Shown here piece by piece: positions 19,480 through 28,930 of a stretch of 50,721 nt of DNA. Origin of the DNA: a virus (lineage: Duplodnaviria > Caudoviricetes); IMG/VR virus record IMGVR_UViG_3300028920_000094, positions 1 to 50,721 of that record; one strand, 5' to 3'. A program made the position numbers and the translations under genes. Position 1 is the first letter of the stretch; every line of letters starts with the position of its first letter. The notes beneath the pieces are model-generated. The model saw nothing but the letters and a program-made list of their open reading frames with translations. It did not search any database and had not been told where the DNA came from.

Positions 19480-20277
19480 CCTCGACGAAAGGGACCCTAC
19501 CATGCAGCAGTGGTATACCGACACCGGCGGCTGGCTCAGCCTCGCCCTGATGCTCACCCTCGCCGCCGCCTGCCTCCTCGTCGACCACCCCCGCCACCAC
19601 AAGCAGGGAGGGCGGAAGCTGTGAAGCCGACATACGCCGAGCGGATGCGGGCGAGGGCACTCGCCGCCAATGAACGGAAGCGCCGGCGGGATATCAAGCG
19701 GATCGACAAGTGGTATACCCGCCAGTTCACGCAGGAGGAACGCGAGACCCGCGCCGACCGTTTCAAGGTGCACCTCGAGCCCGTGCGCGGGGGGATCCCC
19801 AGGGGCGAAGCCCTCTCGGTGGCGGGCATCCTCGCCGCCATGTTCACCCGCAGAAGGAAAGCGGCGGACGAATGAACCGAACCTCTGATCGCGCGTCACG
19901 CGTCACGCGGCACGTCCACATCACCCGCCGCACGCTCGACCGCCTGGCACGCCGCCGCGAGTGCGAGCCCGAGATCGAGGACACCATCGGCGGGGTCACG
20001 GTGCGGGCGAACAGCCCGCTCGCACTCCAAATTGCCAGGGGAGCCCTGGCGTCACGCGTCACCCGTCACGCGTCATCCGAACAGGAGCCAAGCCCGTGAA
20101 CAAGTCGCCCATCGTCCCCTACGACCGCCTGGAGGTGGACGAGGGCGTCTTCGAGGTGCCGGAGGCCGTGCGGGCCGCGGGCGAGGCCTTCAACCAGGCC
20201 ATGGCCGAGGCATACACCGGCCGCTACTTCCTCCCCGACACGTTCGCCGTCGAGTGGCCGCCCGAGGAGCCCCCCGA

Positions 20278-20958
20278 GTGAGCAACCACGTCCAAGACCT
20301 CGTCCGCCAACGCGCACCCTACGACAAGTCGACATACTCCGTGCTCCTCGCCCTCGCGGACTGGGCGGACGACGAGGGGCGCCTGTTCTGTCTCATCTCG
20401 ACCCTCGCCCACAACGCGCGGTGCAGCAAACGCACGGCGCAGCGGGCGATCCGCAGGCTCGAGGCCGACGGGTTCCTCGAGATCCACCCCCGCCCCCGTC
20501 GCTGCAACGTCTACACCATCAACGTCCGCCGCCTCGCCTTGCAGTCCCGGTGGATCGTGCCCGACGATGCCGAAACTAAGGGTGACAAAATGACACCCCA
20601 GGGGTGTCACCGTGACAGGGGGGGGATGACACAGCGTCGGGGGGGGGATGACACGGGTGACAGGGGGGGGGTGACACCATGTCACCCAGATCCATGTCTT
20701 GATCCATGTCTAGAACCGGAAGAACGCGCGCGCACGCGCGAGGGAGCGGAAATTCAGACCCCGCACCCCGAGTGGGCAGGCGACGGTGTGGCGTGTGTGC
20801 TCGACTTCGGCGGCAGGCCGTTCGACGTGGTGCTCGAGCTCGACGGCGACGGCGACTACACGTTCCCCCACCCCACCATCCCGCGCGTGACCTGCAACGC
20901 CTCGACCTGGTGGGACCACCTCGAGCCCGCCCCCGAGCCCGTCGGCGCGGGGACATAG
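20278..20958 (+). CDS. Replication initiator-like protein, N-terminal winged HTH
   Basis: VLLALADWADDEG...TLAHNARCSKRTAQRAIRRLEADGFL...NVY pattern; internal iterons. Confidence 0.8.
   Translation: MSNHVQDLVRQRAPYDKSTYSVLLALADWADDEGRLFCLISTLAHNARCSKRTAQRAIRRLEADGFLEIHPRPRRCNVYTINVRRLALQSRWIVPDDAETKGDKMTPQGCHRDRGGMTQRRGGDDTGDRGGVTPCHPDPCLDPCLEPEERARTREGAEIQTPHPEWAGDGVACVLDFGGRPFDVVLELDGDGDYTFPHPTIPRVTCNASTWWDHLEPAPEPVGAGT
20581..20711. repeat. Iteron-like repeats, probable replication origin
   Basis: Multiple (G/A)TGACA and TGTCAC copies with G-runs, plus GATCCATGTCT x2, inside the initiator gene (as for lambda ori within gene O). Confidence 0.7.
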
Positions 20959-20972
20959 CTCAGGAGGATTCG

Positions 20973-21944
20973 ATGGCAGCGACCAAACGCACCAGAGGCC
21001 CGAGGATCAAGCAGTCCGACAGGCTCCGCCTGCCTCGGCGCCGTCGCCGCAAGGGTGAGCTGTGCCTGGTGGCGGTGAGCGACCTCCACGTCGGCGGGGT
21101 GGACGGCCTGTGCTATCCGTCCCAGCAGAAGCCGGGCGGGGGCACCTACCAGGCGAACGAACGCCAGCTCTGGCTCTTCGAGCAGTGGAAGGCGGCCATC
21201 CGCCGCTGGCACCACCCCGACGCGCTGGTCGTGGTCGGCGATGCCACGGCGGGCTCAGGCTCACAGAAGAAGCTCCGCTCCGCACTCTGGACCACCAATG
21301 CGATGCAGCAGGCGGAGCTGGCAGCCGACCTGGTGAACATGTGGCACGCCGGCCTCGTCTACCTGGTCGAGGGCACGGCGCGGCACGTGAAGATCGACGA
21401 GGAGACGCTGGCCGTCGAGGAGTATATGGGGCGCTACGGCCTCGTGCCCAAGGCCGTCGTGGGCAACGGCAAGCACTACGCACCCGCCGAGCGGATCGTC
21501 CGCCTCGGCGGCATCGCCTTCCACCTCTCCCACTTCCTCTCAGGCACCTCCAGCCCCGTGTCGCCCGCCACCGCGCCTGTCCGCGAGCACATCAACGCAC
21601 TCATCGCCGAGGCCCGCGGCTGGTATCCCCGCTGCGACGTGGTGCTCCGAGCCCACAGGCACTTCTACCTCAGCGTCCACTTCGGCGGCAACCGTTTCGC
21701 CGTGCGGATGCCCTGCTGGCAGATGAAGACCCGCTACGAGCGGGGCCGCAACGCCCTGCTCTGGAACCCGATGATCGGTGCCCTCCAGTTCCGCATCAAG
21801 GACGGCCACGTGTCCCTCGACGAGGGGTGCGTCGAGTGCCCCTTCAACGCCCCCGTGCCCGACGACGTGGAGGCGGACAGGGGGCGCGACCTCGAGGCCG
21901 AGCGGGCCGCACTGCTCGACCCCTTCGGAGACGAGGACGAATGA
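20973..21944 (+). CDS. Calcineurin-like metallophosphoesterase
   Basis: SDLH, GD and HRH motifs. Confidence 0.8.
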   Translation: MAATKRTRGPRIKQSDRLRLPRRRRRKGELCLVAVSDLHVGGVDGLCYPSQQKPGGGTYQANERQLWLFEQWKAAIRRWHHPDALVVVGDATAGSGSQKKLRSALWTTNAMQQAELAADLVNMWHAGLVYLVEGTARHVKIDEETLAVEEYMGRYGLVPKAVVGNGKHYAPAERIVRLGGIAFHLSHFLSGTSSPVSPATAPVREHINALIAEARGWYPRCDVVLRAHRHFYLSVHFGGNRFAVRMPCWQMKTRYERGRNALLWNPMIGALQFRIKDGHVSLDEGCVECPFNAPVPDDVEADRGRDLEAERAALLDPFGDEDE

Positions 21945-22138
21945 CCAGCATCGACACCTCGCTGCACCGCGTGGTGCAGTTGCCCCGGGCATGGCTCCTC
22001 GCCTCCGAGTGCGAGGCGGCCAGAGCCCCAGAGCCTGAGCCCGACGAGCCCCACTGGCTCGACGACCCCGACGCGGCCGCCGAGTATGCGGCGCTGCCCA
22101 CCGCACGCTGCCCGAGCAACTGGAGGTCTGTGAGATGA
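21941..22138 (+). CDS. Hypothetical protein
   Basis: ATGA overlap; ends just before array 1. Confidence 0.45.
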   Translation: MTSIDTSLHRVVQLPRAWLLASECEAARAPEPEPDEPHWLDDPDAAAEYAALPTARCPSNWRSVR

Positions 22139-22143
22139 CACAG

Positions 22144-22224
22144 GGTGCGGCGTGGCAGGGCACGGAGATGCGCGGCACGGCGGGGCCCGGCGGGGCGCGG
22201 CAAGGCACGGCACACTCCCCATCC
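22144..22224 (+). repeat. GGY-NN pentamer array 1 (14 units) with conserved tail
   Basis: NN = GC GT AG AC GA GC AC GG CC GG GC AA AC AC, then ACTCCCCATCC. Confidence 0.9.
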
Positions 22225-22251
22225 GCACAGCACTTCAGGAGAGTTTCCCTA

Positions 22252-22341
22252 GGCGGGGCAAGGCCGGGCGCGGCGCGGCGAGGCAGGGCTCGGCGCGGCG
22301 AGGCAGGGCGAGGCGAGGCAAGGCACGGCACACTCCCATCC
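22252..22341 (+). repeat. GGY-NN pentamer array 2 (16 units) with conserved tail
   Basis: NN = GG AA CG GC GC GA AG TC GC GA AG GA GA AA AC AC, then ACTCCCATCC. Confidence 0.95.
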
Positions 22342-22426
22342 CTCGAGCATCAGGAGATCCCCTCGGCACAGACCACGGGCAGAGCGTGGGCACCGCGGCC
22401 ACAGGACTTCAGGAGAGTTTCCCCCA

Positions 22427-22511
22427 GGCACGGCATGGCGGGGCCCGGCAAGGCGCGGCTGGGCAAGGCGCGGCGGGGCGCGGAGCGGCAAGGCACGGCA
22501 CACTCCCATCC
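22427..22511 (+). repeat. GGY-NN pentamer array 3 (15 units) with conserved tail
   Basis: NN = AC AT GG CC AA GC TG AA GC GG GC GC AA AC AC, then ACTCCCATCC. Confidence 0.95.
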
Positions 22512-22537
22512 ACTCGATGACTGAAGGAGCACGGGCT

Positions 22538-23158
22538 ATGGCGAAGAAGGGCACCAAGGGCGGCGCGGACAAGCTCAGGTGCGACCGCATGAAGGTCACC
22601 TGCGTGGGCATCCGCCCCGTGATGTTCGACCGCTACGTGGCGCAGGACGAGCTCGACCGTGCGGCGGAGGAGAAGCTCTACCTGGACGACGAGCGGCGGG
22701 TCTGCTTCCCCGCGCTCAACATCTTCAGCTTCCTGGGCGCTGACCAGGGGTCGAAGAGCTGTGCGGCGGTGTTCATGGGCAGGGAGCGCGCCTCCTACGT
22801 GCGGGGCGTCGCCGCCTCCATCCAGATCGACCCCGACCTCGTGCCCTTCACCCGCGAGGGCAAGCCCATCGTGTTCGACAAGTTCGACGCCTCGGAGCGC
22901 GACACGGCGGCGGGCCTGCACATTGAGCACCACGTGGCGCGGGTGAAGAAGGGCGCCCAGCTCATCCCGATGGAGAAGACGCGGCCCGTGCTCGAGCTCC
23001 CCTGGGCACTCGCCTTCACCGTCACCATCTACGACCTGGGGACGCCGGTCAAGCCCGACATCATCCGGCGGTGGTTCCACCGTGGCGGCATCGAGATCGG
23101 CTTCGGCACCTTCCGCCCCGTCTACGGCCGCTTCGTGACCACGGTCGAGATGCTCTGA
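22538..23158 (+). CDS. Stand-alone Cas7/RAMP-like protein (206 aa)
   Basis: RBS AAGGAG. Motif order matches RAMP/RRM: KVTCVGIRPVMF, VCFPALNIFSFL, RPVLELPWALAFTVTI, and a C-terminal Gly-rich loop GGIEIGFGTFRPVYGRF. Confidence 0.72.
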   Translation: MAKKGTKGGADKLRCDRMKVTCVGIRPVMFDRYVAQDELDRAAEEKLYLDDERRVCFPALNIFSFLGADQGSKSCAAVFMGRERASYVRGVAASIQIDPDLVPFTREGKPIVFDKFDASERDTAAGLHIEHHVARVKKGAQLIPMEKTRPVLELPWALAFTVTIYDLGTPVKPDIIRRWFHRGGIEIGFGTFRPVYGRFVTTVEML

Positions 23159-23187
23159 CCGCCACAACCACAGGAGGATAAGAGCTG

Positions 23188-23955
23188 ATGGCCGAGACGA
23201 CCCAAGCCCCCGCGGAGCCGACGAACCCGAAGCTGCGGGGCTCGAACCTCATCGACTGCATCCCGCAGACGGGGCCGTGCCCCAACGACTGCCCCGAGTG
23301 CTACTACAACCGGCCCGGGGCGTGGTATGCGGACATCGACACCCCCATCCTCCCCACGGCATCGGCGTGCGAGGGCAAGATCGTCCGCATCAACTCGGGC
23401 AACGACAGCAACAACGACCGCGACGACGTGCTCGAGGTGGCCAACCTCTATGCGTGGCACGACGTGCACTGCTTCCTCAACACCTCCGTGCCCCGTTTCG
23501 ACTTCCCCGTGCAGGACCCCGTCAGCCCGCTCAACACACACGGCTGGGGCCACTTCCCCGTCGTCTTCACCTGCAACGGCAAGTGGCCGGGCTACCTGGT
23601 GAAGTGCCCGACCAACGTGATGGCCGTCCGCATCCGGTGCAACACGTGGGATCTCAGCGAGCAGGAGCGGCTGGTCGACTTCTACCTCGACCAGGGCGTG
23701 CCCATCGTGATGACGTGGATGCGCTACTACCAGCAGCCCATCCCCGACGGCCACGCCCATGAGTACACGTGGCGCAAGCACCTCGCGAACGCCTATTGGT
23801 GCCCGACCTCCGAGGCCATCGTGCAGACGATGAGCCTGTTCGAGGGCTCGGGCGTCCGCATGTGCGGCACGCCGTGGTCGAGCTACTGCGTGGACTGCCG
23901 CAACTGCGAGCTCCTCTACTGGGACTGCCTCCGCAGGATGGGGGTGGAGGTGTGA
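23188..23955 (+). CDS. Radical SAM-like Fe-S protein
   Basis: CPNDCPECYY (CxxxCxxC) and a C-terminal Cys cluster. Confidence 0.65.
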   Translation: MAETTQAPAEPTNPKLRGSNLIDCIPQTGPCPNDCPECYYNRPGAWYADIDTPILPTASACEGKIVRINSGNDSNNDRDDVLEVANLYAWHDVHCFLNTSVPRFDFPVQDPVSPLNTHGWGHFPVVFTCNGKWPGYLVKCPTNVMAVRIRCNTWDLSEQERLVDFYLDQGVPIVMTWMRYYQQPIPDGHAHEYTWRKHLANAYWCPTSEAIVQTMSLFEGSGVRMCGTPWSSYCVDCRNCELLYWDCLRRMGVEV

Positions 23956-24224
23956 AGCCGGCATACAGGATCCTTCACCGCGGCAAGGACGAGTGGCGGC
24001 CACAGCGGCGGACGTGGTTCGGATGGCGTTCCCTCATGCACTGGGTGAAGCTCGAGCCGCATTCCCCGAAGTCGTATCTGCGCCCCGACTATGCCTCGCG
24101 TGCGGAGGCTCGGGGTGCGATCATCGCCGACAGGCGGCTACGCCGTGCCCGAGCCGCGAAGCGCAGGCAGAAGTGGCACGTCACCGACGAGTATCCGCCC
24201 AGGAGGATAGGAGGCGACAGGTGA
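23952..24224 (+). CDS. Basic hypothetical protein
   Basis: GTGA overlap with RBS GGAGG. Confidence 0.5.
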   Translation: MKPAYRILHRGKDEWRPQRRTWFGWRSLMHWVKLEPHSPKSYLRPDYASRAEARGAIIADRRLRRARAAKRRQKWHVTDEYPPRRIGGDR

Positions 24225-24412
24225 AGTGCAACCTCTGCCACCGATATGTCCCGGATGATGACTGCCTGTTTAGCAACATGGGCATCGTGTGCCGCGCCTG
24301 TGCGGATGCGTGTGAGCGGACAGGGCGCCTCCCCAAGCCATCGGATTATGAGCCCCCCGCCCCGGGTGCTTTCCGAATCACGCGTCGTTCGCGCTCCGGC
24401 GAACGCACACGC

Positions 24413-24625
24413 ATGTCACGCGTCATCTTATGGGCAGCCACCACCGCCGCGATCGCGGGCAACGTGCTGCTCGTCCACCGCATCCGAGCCGCCTTCCTCG
24501 TGTGGACCGCGGCGAACCTCGTCTTCCTCACCCGCAACCTCCGGCTCCGCGAGTGGGCGCAAGCCGCCCTGTGGGCGACCTACACCGCACTCGCCGTGTG
24601 GGGCTGGTGCCATTGGGGGAAGTGA
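24413..24625 (+). CDS. Small three-helix membrane protein
   Basis: Three hydrophobic segments, ending WGWCHW. Confidence 0.55.
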   Translation: MSRVILWAATTAAIAGNVLLVHRIRAAFLVWTAANLVFLTRNLRLREWAQAALWATYTALAVWGWCHWGK

Positions 24626-24628
24626 CCG

Positions 24629-25039
24629 ATGGCTCGCAGGAAATGTGCCGCGCCCGACTGCGACAACGACCTCCCGCCCCGCGCCCCCGGCGTGAGGGGC
24701 CGCGGGCGGACGAAATGGTGCTGCGACGAATGCCGCCAGCGCACGCTCCGCGGCTCGGGCAAACGCAGGCACAGCAACGGCGCACGCTCGAATGCCTGCG
24801 GGGTCACGTTGCGGCGGAACCTCAAGGGTCCGCACGCGGGCAGGCGCACGTGTCTGGCCTGCGGCAAGATGTTCCTGAGCGAGGGCAACTGGAACCGCAT
24901 CTGCAAGCGGTGCGCGCGTCGCGACACCCGCCGAGCCCCGCAGCGCGTGCCGCCCACCATCCTCGGGGCGGTCGGGCCGCTCGCCGACGAGCCGTGCCTC
25001 GACGGCGAGGACTTCGCCGACGTCCGCCGCCACCTGTGA
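24629..25039 (+). CDS. Zn-finger-like protein
   Basis: Multiple Cys pairs (CCDEC, CLAC, CKRC). Confidence 0.65.
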   Translation: MARRKCAAPDCDNDLPPRAPGVRGRGRTKWCCDECRQRTLRGSGKRRHSNGARSNACGVTLRRNLKGPHAGRRTCLACGKMFLSEGNWNRICKRCARRDTRRAPQRVPPTILGAVGPLADEPCLDGEDFADVRRHL

Positions 25040-25071
25040 TGCGTGAGCGAAACAGAAAAGGAGCAAGACCT

Positions 25072-25743
25072 ATGTCCCTGGCCACTCGAATCCGAACCCA
25101 GCTCGTCAAGGAGGGCCTGAGCCGGCACGTCGACGTGTTCGACCCCGCCCGCCTGCTGCCCGTGCGCGGGCGGATGCACCCCGACGGGCACGACATGCCC
25201 GACACGGCGGGCGTCTACCTCGTCCGCGGCTACCCCCGCACCGTGCAGGGCAACAGCCTCACGGGATTCATCACCGCACACCTCAAGTCCGCTGACGCCG
25301 ATGGCAGCGAACTCTACGACGACCCGGAGTTCACCTACCACGACGTGCGCGAGCTGCCGCCCCTCGATTGGGTATGGGAGCGCCGCCTCACCGCCCACGA
25401 CGAGCCCCTGCCCTGGATGTCGCTCGACGACCTCGTGGAGCCGTGGGAGGTGGACGCCCTGGTGATCGAGCGGCTCGAGGCCGAGATCGACGGGATCAAC
25501 ACAGTGATCGACGCCGACGGCACGGTGATCGGCAGGCTCCACGCCCGCATCGCAACGCTCGCCAACCTCGCCCGAGTGGGGGAGGCCGCGGTGCGGTTCG
25601 CAGGAGCCCTCGACGCCTACCACGGCGTCGAGACCGCCGAGCGCCTCGGCCTCGTCAAGCCCGAGCCCGATCCGAATCACGCGTCACGCGTCACGCGTCA
25701 CGACCCTGAGCCCACCGCACAGGAGCCCGCCGACGGTGCCTGA
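25072..25743 (+). CDS. Hypothetical protein
   Basis: RBS AAGGAG; codon bias. Confidence 0.65.
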   Translation: MSLATRIRTQLVKEGLSRHVDVFDPARLLPVRGRMHPDGHDMPDTAGVYLVRGYPRTVQGNSLTGFITAHLKSADADGSELYDDPEFTYHDVRELPPLDWVWERRLTAHDEPLPWMSLDDLVEPWEVDALVIERLEAEIDGINTVIDADGTVIGRLHARIATLANLARVGEAAVRFAGALDAYHGVETAERLGLVKPEPDPNHASRVTRHDPEPTAQEPADGA

Positions 25744-27565
25744 GATTCGCATCCATCACGGCGACGTGGCCGAGCGGCTGGCAGCCCTGCCCGCCGAGCA
25801 CTACCACGCCATCGTCACCTCGCCCCCCTACCACGGCCTCCGCGCCTACCTGGACCTGCCCCCCGTGGTCTGGGGCGGCGACCCCGACTGCTCCCACGAG
25901 TGGGCCGACGCCCTCCCCAGGCCTGGCAACGAATACCGCGAGGGCCTCGGAGAGCACTCCGAGTTCAAGGGCAGGCAGGACAAGGCCGCCATCCGCCGCA
26001 CGCTCAACTGCGGTGCATCCCTCAGGAGCACTCTGGCCACCGACCCCGCCACCGCAGCGAAGACTATCGCCCTGCGCGAGATGAGCGGGAACGTCTCCGG
26101 CGGCACCTTCTGCCGCCTGTGCGGGGCGTGGCGGGGGCATCTGGGGATCGAGCCCGAGGTCGACTGCCTGGCCTGGGCTCGCGGCGAGGACCCCTGCCCC
26201 GCGTGCTACGTCTGCCACATCCGCGCCATCTGGGGCGGCAAGGACCGGCCCGTCGGCCTCTGGCGCGTCCTCCGCGCCGACGGCATCTGCTGGCTCAACA
26301 TAGGGGATTCATTCGGCGGCACGGGCACCGGCTCGGGCACGGGCAACTTCGCCCTCAAGGATAACCCCCTGGCACTGAAGCCGGACCGGTCACGCATTAC
26401 GCATTACGCATCACGCATTAAGCCTTCCGAGCTCTGCCTCGTCCCGCAGCGGCTCGCGCTCGCACTCCAGGCCGACGGGTGGTATGTCCGCACCGAGGGG
26501 ATATGGTTCAAGCGGTCGTGTATGCCCGAGAGCACGCGCAAGCGCCCGACCCGCGCCCACGAGCAGGTGTGGATGCTGACCAAAAGCCCGTCGAGCCGCC
26601 ACTTCTTCGACGCCGAAGCCGTCAAGCAGGCACCGAGCCCCCACACACGGGAGTATAAGGGCTCGCCGCCAGGTGCGAGGGGCAGGGGATGCCCCGCATC
26701 CGCGATGAACATGCGGGCGTACATGCCGAGCAACATCGTCTCCTCCCGCAACCTCCGCACGGTCTGGCGACTGAAGCCTGAGCCATCGAACTACGACTAT
26801 TGCGGGGGGTGCGGCACGCTGTGGGCGGGGAGCGACCGCAAGGCCATCCGCCGCCTCCACTACGATGCGATGGGGGAGTGGCTGGTGGCCGTGGACGGGC
26901 GGTGCCCCGAGGAGGTGCACCTGCTGCTCGGCGCACGCCCCGAGGGGGAGCTGAGGCCGAACTGGCGTCGGCTGCGCGAGCGGAACCCCTATGAATCGCG
27001 GACGTGGCCGATCTGCCCGCACTGCGGGGGCTGGGACGCGTGGATCGCGCACTACGCCGCGTTCCCGAGCGACCTGCCCCGCCGCTGCCTCCTGGCCAGC
27101 ACGAGTGCACGCGGCTGCTGCCCGACGTGCGGCGCGCCGTGGGAGAGGGTGGTCGAGACCATAGGCGATCCACGGGCGTTTGGCCGCGAGCAAGCTGAGG
27201 GACAATCGAGCGCGGGCTCGCATAGGACCATCGCAGGCGTGGTCCCATCCTATAAGGTGCCTTCGTCCACCCCCCTCGGCTGGCAGCCGACGTGCGGGTG
27301 CGGCTCGGAGCCTGTGGCGTGTCGGGTGCTCGACCCCTTTTCGGGGACGGGGACGACGCTGATTGTGGCGGCGCGTCTGGGCCTGGACGGGGATGGCATC
27401 GACGCTTCGGCGCCGTATGTGGCCTTGAGCCGCGAGCGGATCCGCATCGAGGGGGGCGTGGGGGAGGCCAGCCTGCCCCCGCGCGGGGCGATGCCATTGT
27501 TCTCACGCGTCACGCGTCATGCGTCACGCGTCACAGAAGAGGAGCATTCGGATGCGAGCACGTGA
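25736..27565 (+). CDS. DNA amino-methyltransferase (beta class) with Cys-rich insertions
   Basis: TSPPY, HYAAFP and DPFSGTGTT motifs. Confidence 0.9.
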   Translation: MPEIRIHHGDVAERLAALPAEHYHAIVTSPPYHGLRAYLDLPPVVWGGDPDCSHEWADALPRPGNEYREGLGEHSEFKGRQDKAAIRRTLNCGASLRSTLATDPATAAKTIALREMSGNVSGGTFCRLCGAWRGHLGIEPEVDCLAWARGEDPCPACYVCHIRAIWGGKDRPVGLWRVLRADGICWLNIGDSFGGTGTGSGTGNFALKDNPLALKPDRSRITHYASRIKPSELCLVPQRLALALQADGWYVRTEGIWFKRSCMPESTRKRPTRAHEQVWMLTKSPSSRHFFDAEAVKQAPSPHTREYKGSPPGARGRGCPASAMNMRAYMPSNIVSSRNLRTVWRLKPEPSNYDYCGGCGTLWAGSDRKAIRRLHYDAMGEWLVAVDGRCPEEVHLLLGARPEGELRPNWRRLRERNPYESRTWPICPHCGGWDAWIAHYAAFPSDLPRRCLLASTSARGCCPTCGAPWERVVETIGDPRAFGREQAEGQSSAGSHRTIAGVVPSYKVPSSTPLGWQPTCGCGSEPVACRVLDPFSGTGTTLIVAARLGLDGDGIDASAPYVALSRERIRIEGGVGEASLPPRGAMPLFSRVTRHASRVTEEEHSDAST

Positions 27566-28430
27566 GGCGAACGTGGCGCGGGGCAAGTACTGGGACCGGC
27601 CGTGGGGGCTGGTGGAGGGCTGCACGCCGGTGAGTGAGGGGTGCGACCACTGCTGGGCGCGGGCGATGGACGCGCGCTTCTACGGGCAGCAGTTTGTGCC
27701 CCGCTTCCGCGACGAACACCTCGACATCCCGCTCCGGCGGCGTGTGCCCACGGTGTTCGCGGTGTGGAACGACCTCCTGCACGAATGCGTGACGCCCCAC
27801 CAGATCCACGGGGCGTTTGGTGTGATGAAGGAGCGGCCGGAGCACACGTTCCTCATCCTCACCAAGCGGGCGGAGCGGCTGCCGCTCTGCGCGGAGGCGT
27901 GGGCCTACCACTTCATGGGCAGCGAGGCCCTCCGCCGCATATGGCTGGGGGTGACCGTGGAGAGCGCGGGGCACCTCGACCGCCTCGACGCCCTGCTGCG
28001 CGTGCCCGCCGCCGTGCGGTGGGTGTCCCTGGAGCCGCTGCTGGGGCCGGTGGATATCCTGCGCTACACGGAGAGCGGCCTTGAGTGCTCCGTCTGCAAC
28101 TGGCGTGGCTGCGAGTCTGATACGGACGGCTGCCACTTCAGCGACGTGGGCGAGGAACTGTGGGCCTGCCCCGAGTGCGATGAGCCCTGTACACACACGC
28201 CGCAGGCCGAGGGCCTGGACTGGGTGGTCGTCGGGTGCGAGAGCGGCCCGCACAGGCGCCCCGCCCCGTGGGCGTGGATTCGTTCCGTGGTCGACCAGTG
28301 CACCGAGGCGCGGGTGCCCGTGTTCGTGAAGCAGGTCGGGGCGAACCCCGACGGCACGGGGCCGGTGCGTCGGCGGTTCGACCGAATGCCCGCGTGGGCA
28401 CGCCGCCGCGAGGTTCCGAAGGAGAGCTGA
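27552..28430 (+). CDS. Phage Gp37/Gp68 (DUF5131) family protein
   Basis: GCTPVSEGCDHCWA, ILTKR, WLGVTVE, SLEPLLG, WVVVGCESG and FVKQ motifs. Confidence 0.92.
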   Translation: MRAREANVARGKYWDRPWGLVEGCTPVSEGCDHCWARAMDARFYGQQFVPRFRDEHLDIPLRRRVPTVFAVWNDLLHECVTPHQIHGAFGVMKERPEHTFLILTKRAERLPLCAEAWAYHFMGSEALRRIWLGVTVESAGHLDRLDALLRVPAAVRWVSLEPLLGPVDILRYTESGLECSVCNWRGCESDTDGCHFSDVGEELWACPECDEPCTHTPQAEGLDWVVVGCESGPHRRPAPWAWIRSVVDQCTEARVPVFVKQVGANPDGTGPVRRRFDRMPAWARRREVPKES

Positions 28431-28431
28431 G

Positions 28432-28626
28432 ATGCTTACGTGCCCCGTATGCAGATCGCCGAAGGTGGTCTGCGACACGTATGAGGACGGCTACCGGCGC
28501 GTGCACACTCTGCACTGTGAGGAGTGCCTGCACGCCGTGGCCATCGAGGACCTGGTGCGCGACGCCGCGGCCGCCGCGGAGAAGGGGCGGAAGGCCGATG
28601 AGTGCCGCAAATCATGCACAGGCTGA
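28432..28626 (+). CDS. Small Zn-ribbon protein
   Basis: CPVC...CEEC. Confidence 0.55.
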   Translation: MLTCPVCRSPKVVCDTYEDGYRRVHTLHCEECLHAVAIEDLVRDAAAAAEKGRKADECRKSCTG

Positions 28627-28930
28627 GCCCTACTACTGCATCGGCTGCCGCACCCGGTGGGCGGAGAGCGAGGCCGTCCCCTGCCTCTACTGCTCGGAGT
28701 GCGGCGAGACGTTCACGGGCGATGTGCACGGTGGCGAGGGGGAGATGGAGGGCAGCAAGTACGGCGGCTCGTATGCCGCCGCGGACGACCTCGGCGCGTG
28801 CCCCTTCTGTGGGCACGACCACCTGGAGGGGGGGATGGCCTGCCCCCACTGCTGCTGTGGCGGCCCGGACGTCGGCCCCGCGCACACGTTCATGGGGCAG
28901 GGGGATGACGAGGAGGGCTCGGATGAGTGA
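28598..28930 (+). CDS. Cys-rich hypothetical protein
   Basis: Four CxxC pairs. Confidence 0.55.
   Translation: MSAANHAQAEPYYCIGCRTRWAESEAVPCLYCSECGETFTGDVHGGEGEMEGSKYGGSYAAADDLGACPFCGHDHLEGGMACPHCCCGGPDVGPAHTFMGQGDDEEGSDE

Noticed and set aside
22144-22511. Canonical CRISPR array
   Set aside because: The variable segments are themselves periodic GGY-NN tracts, not unique spacers, and no adaptation genes are present.
22135-22524. Arg/Gly/Ala-rich ORFs over the pentamer arrays
   Set aside because: They are by-products of a stop-free 5-nt repeat whose period is incompatible with codon structure.
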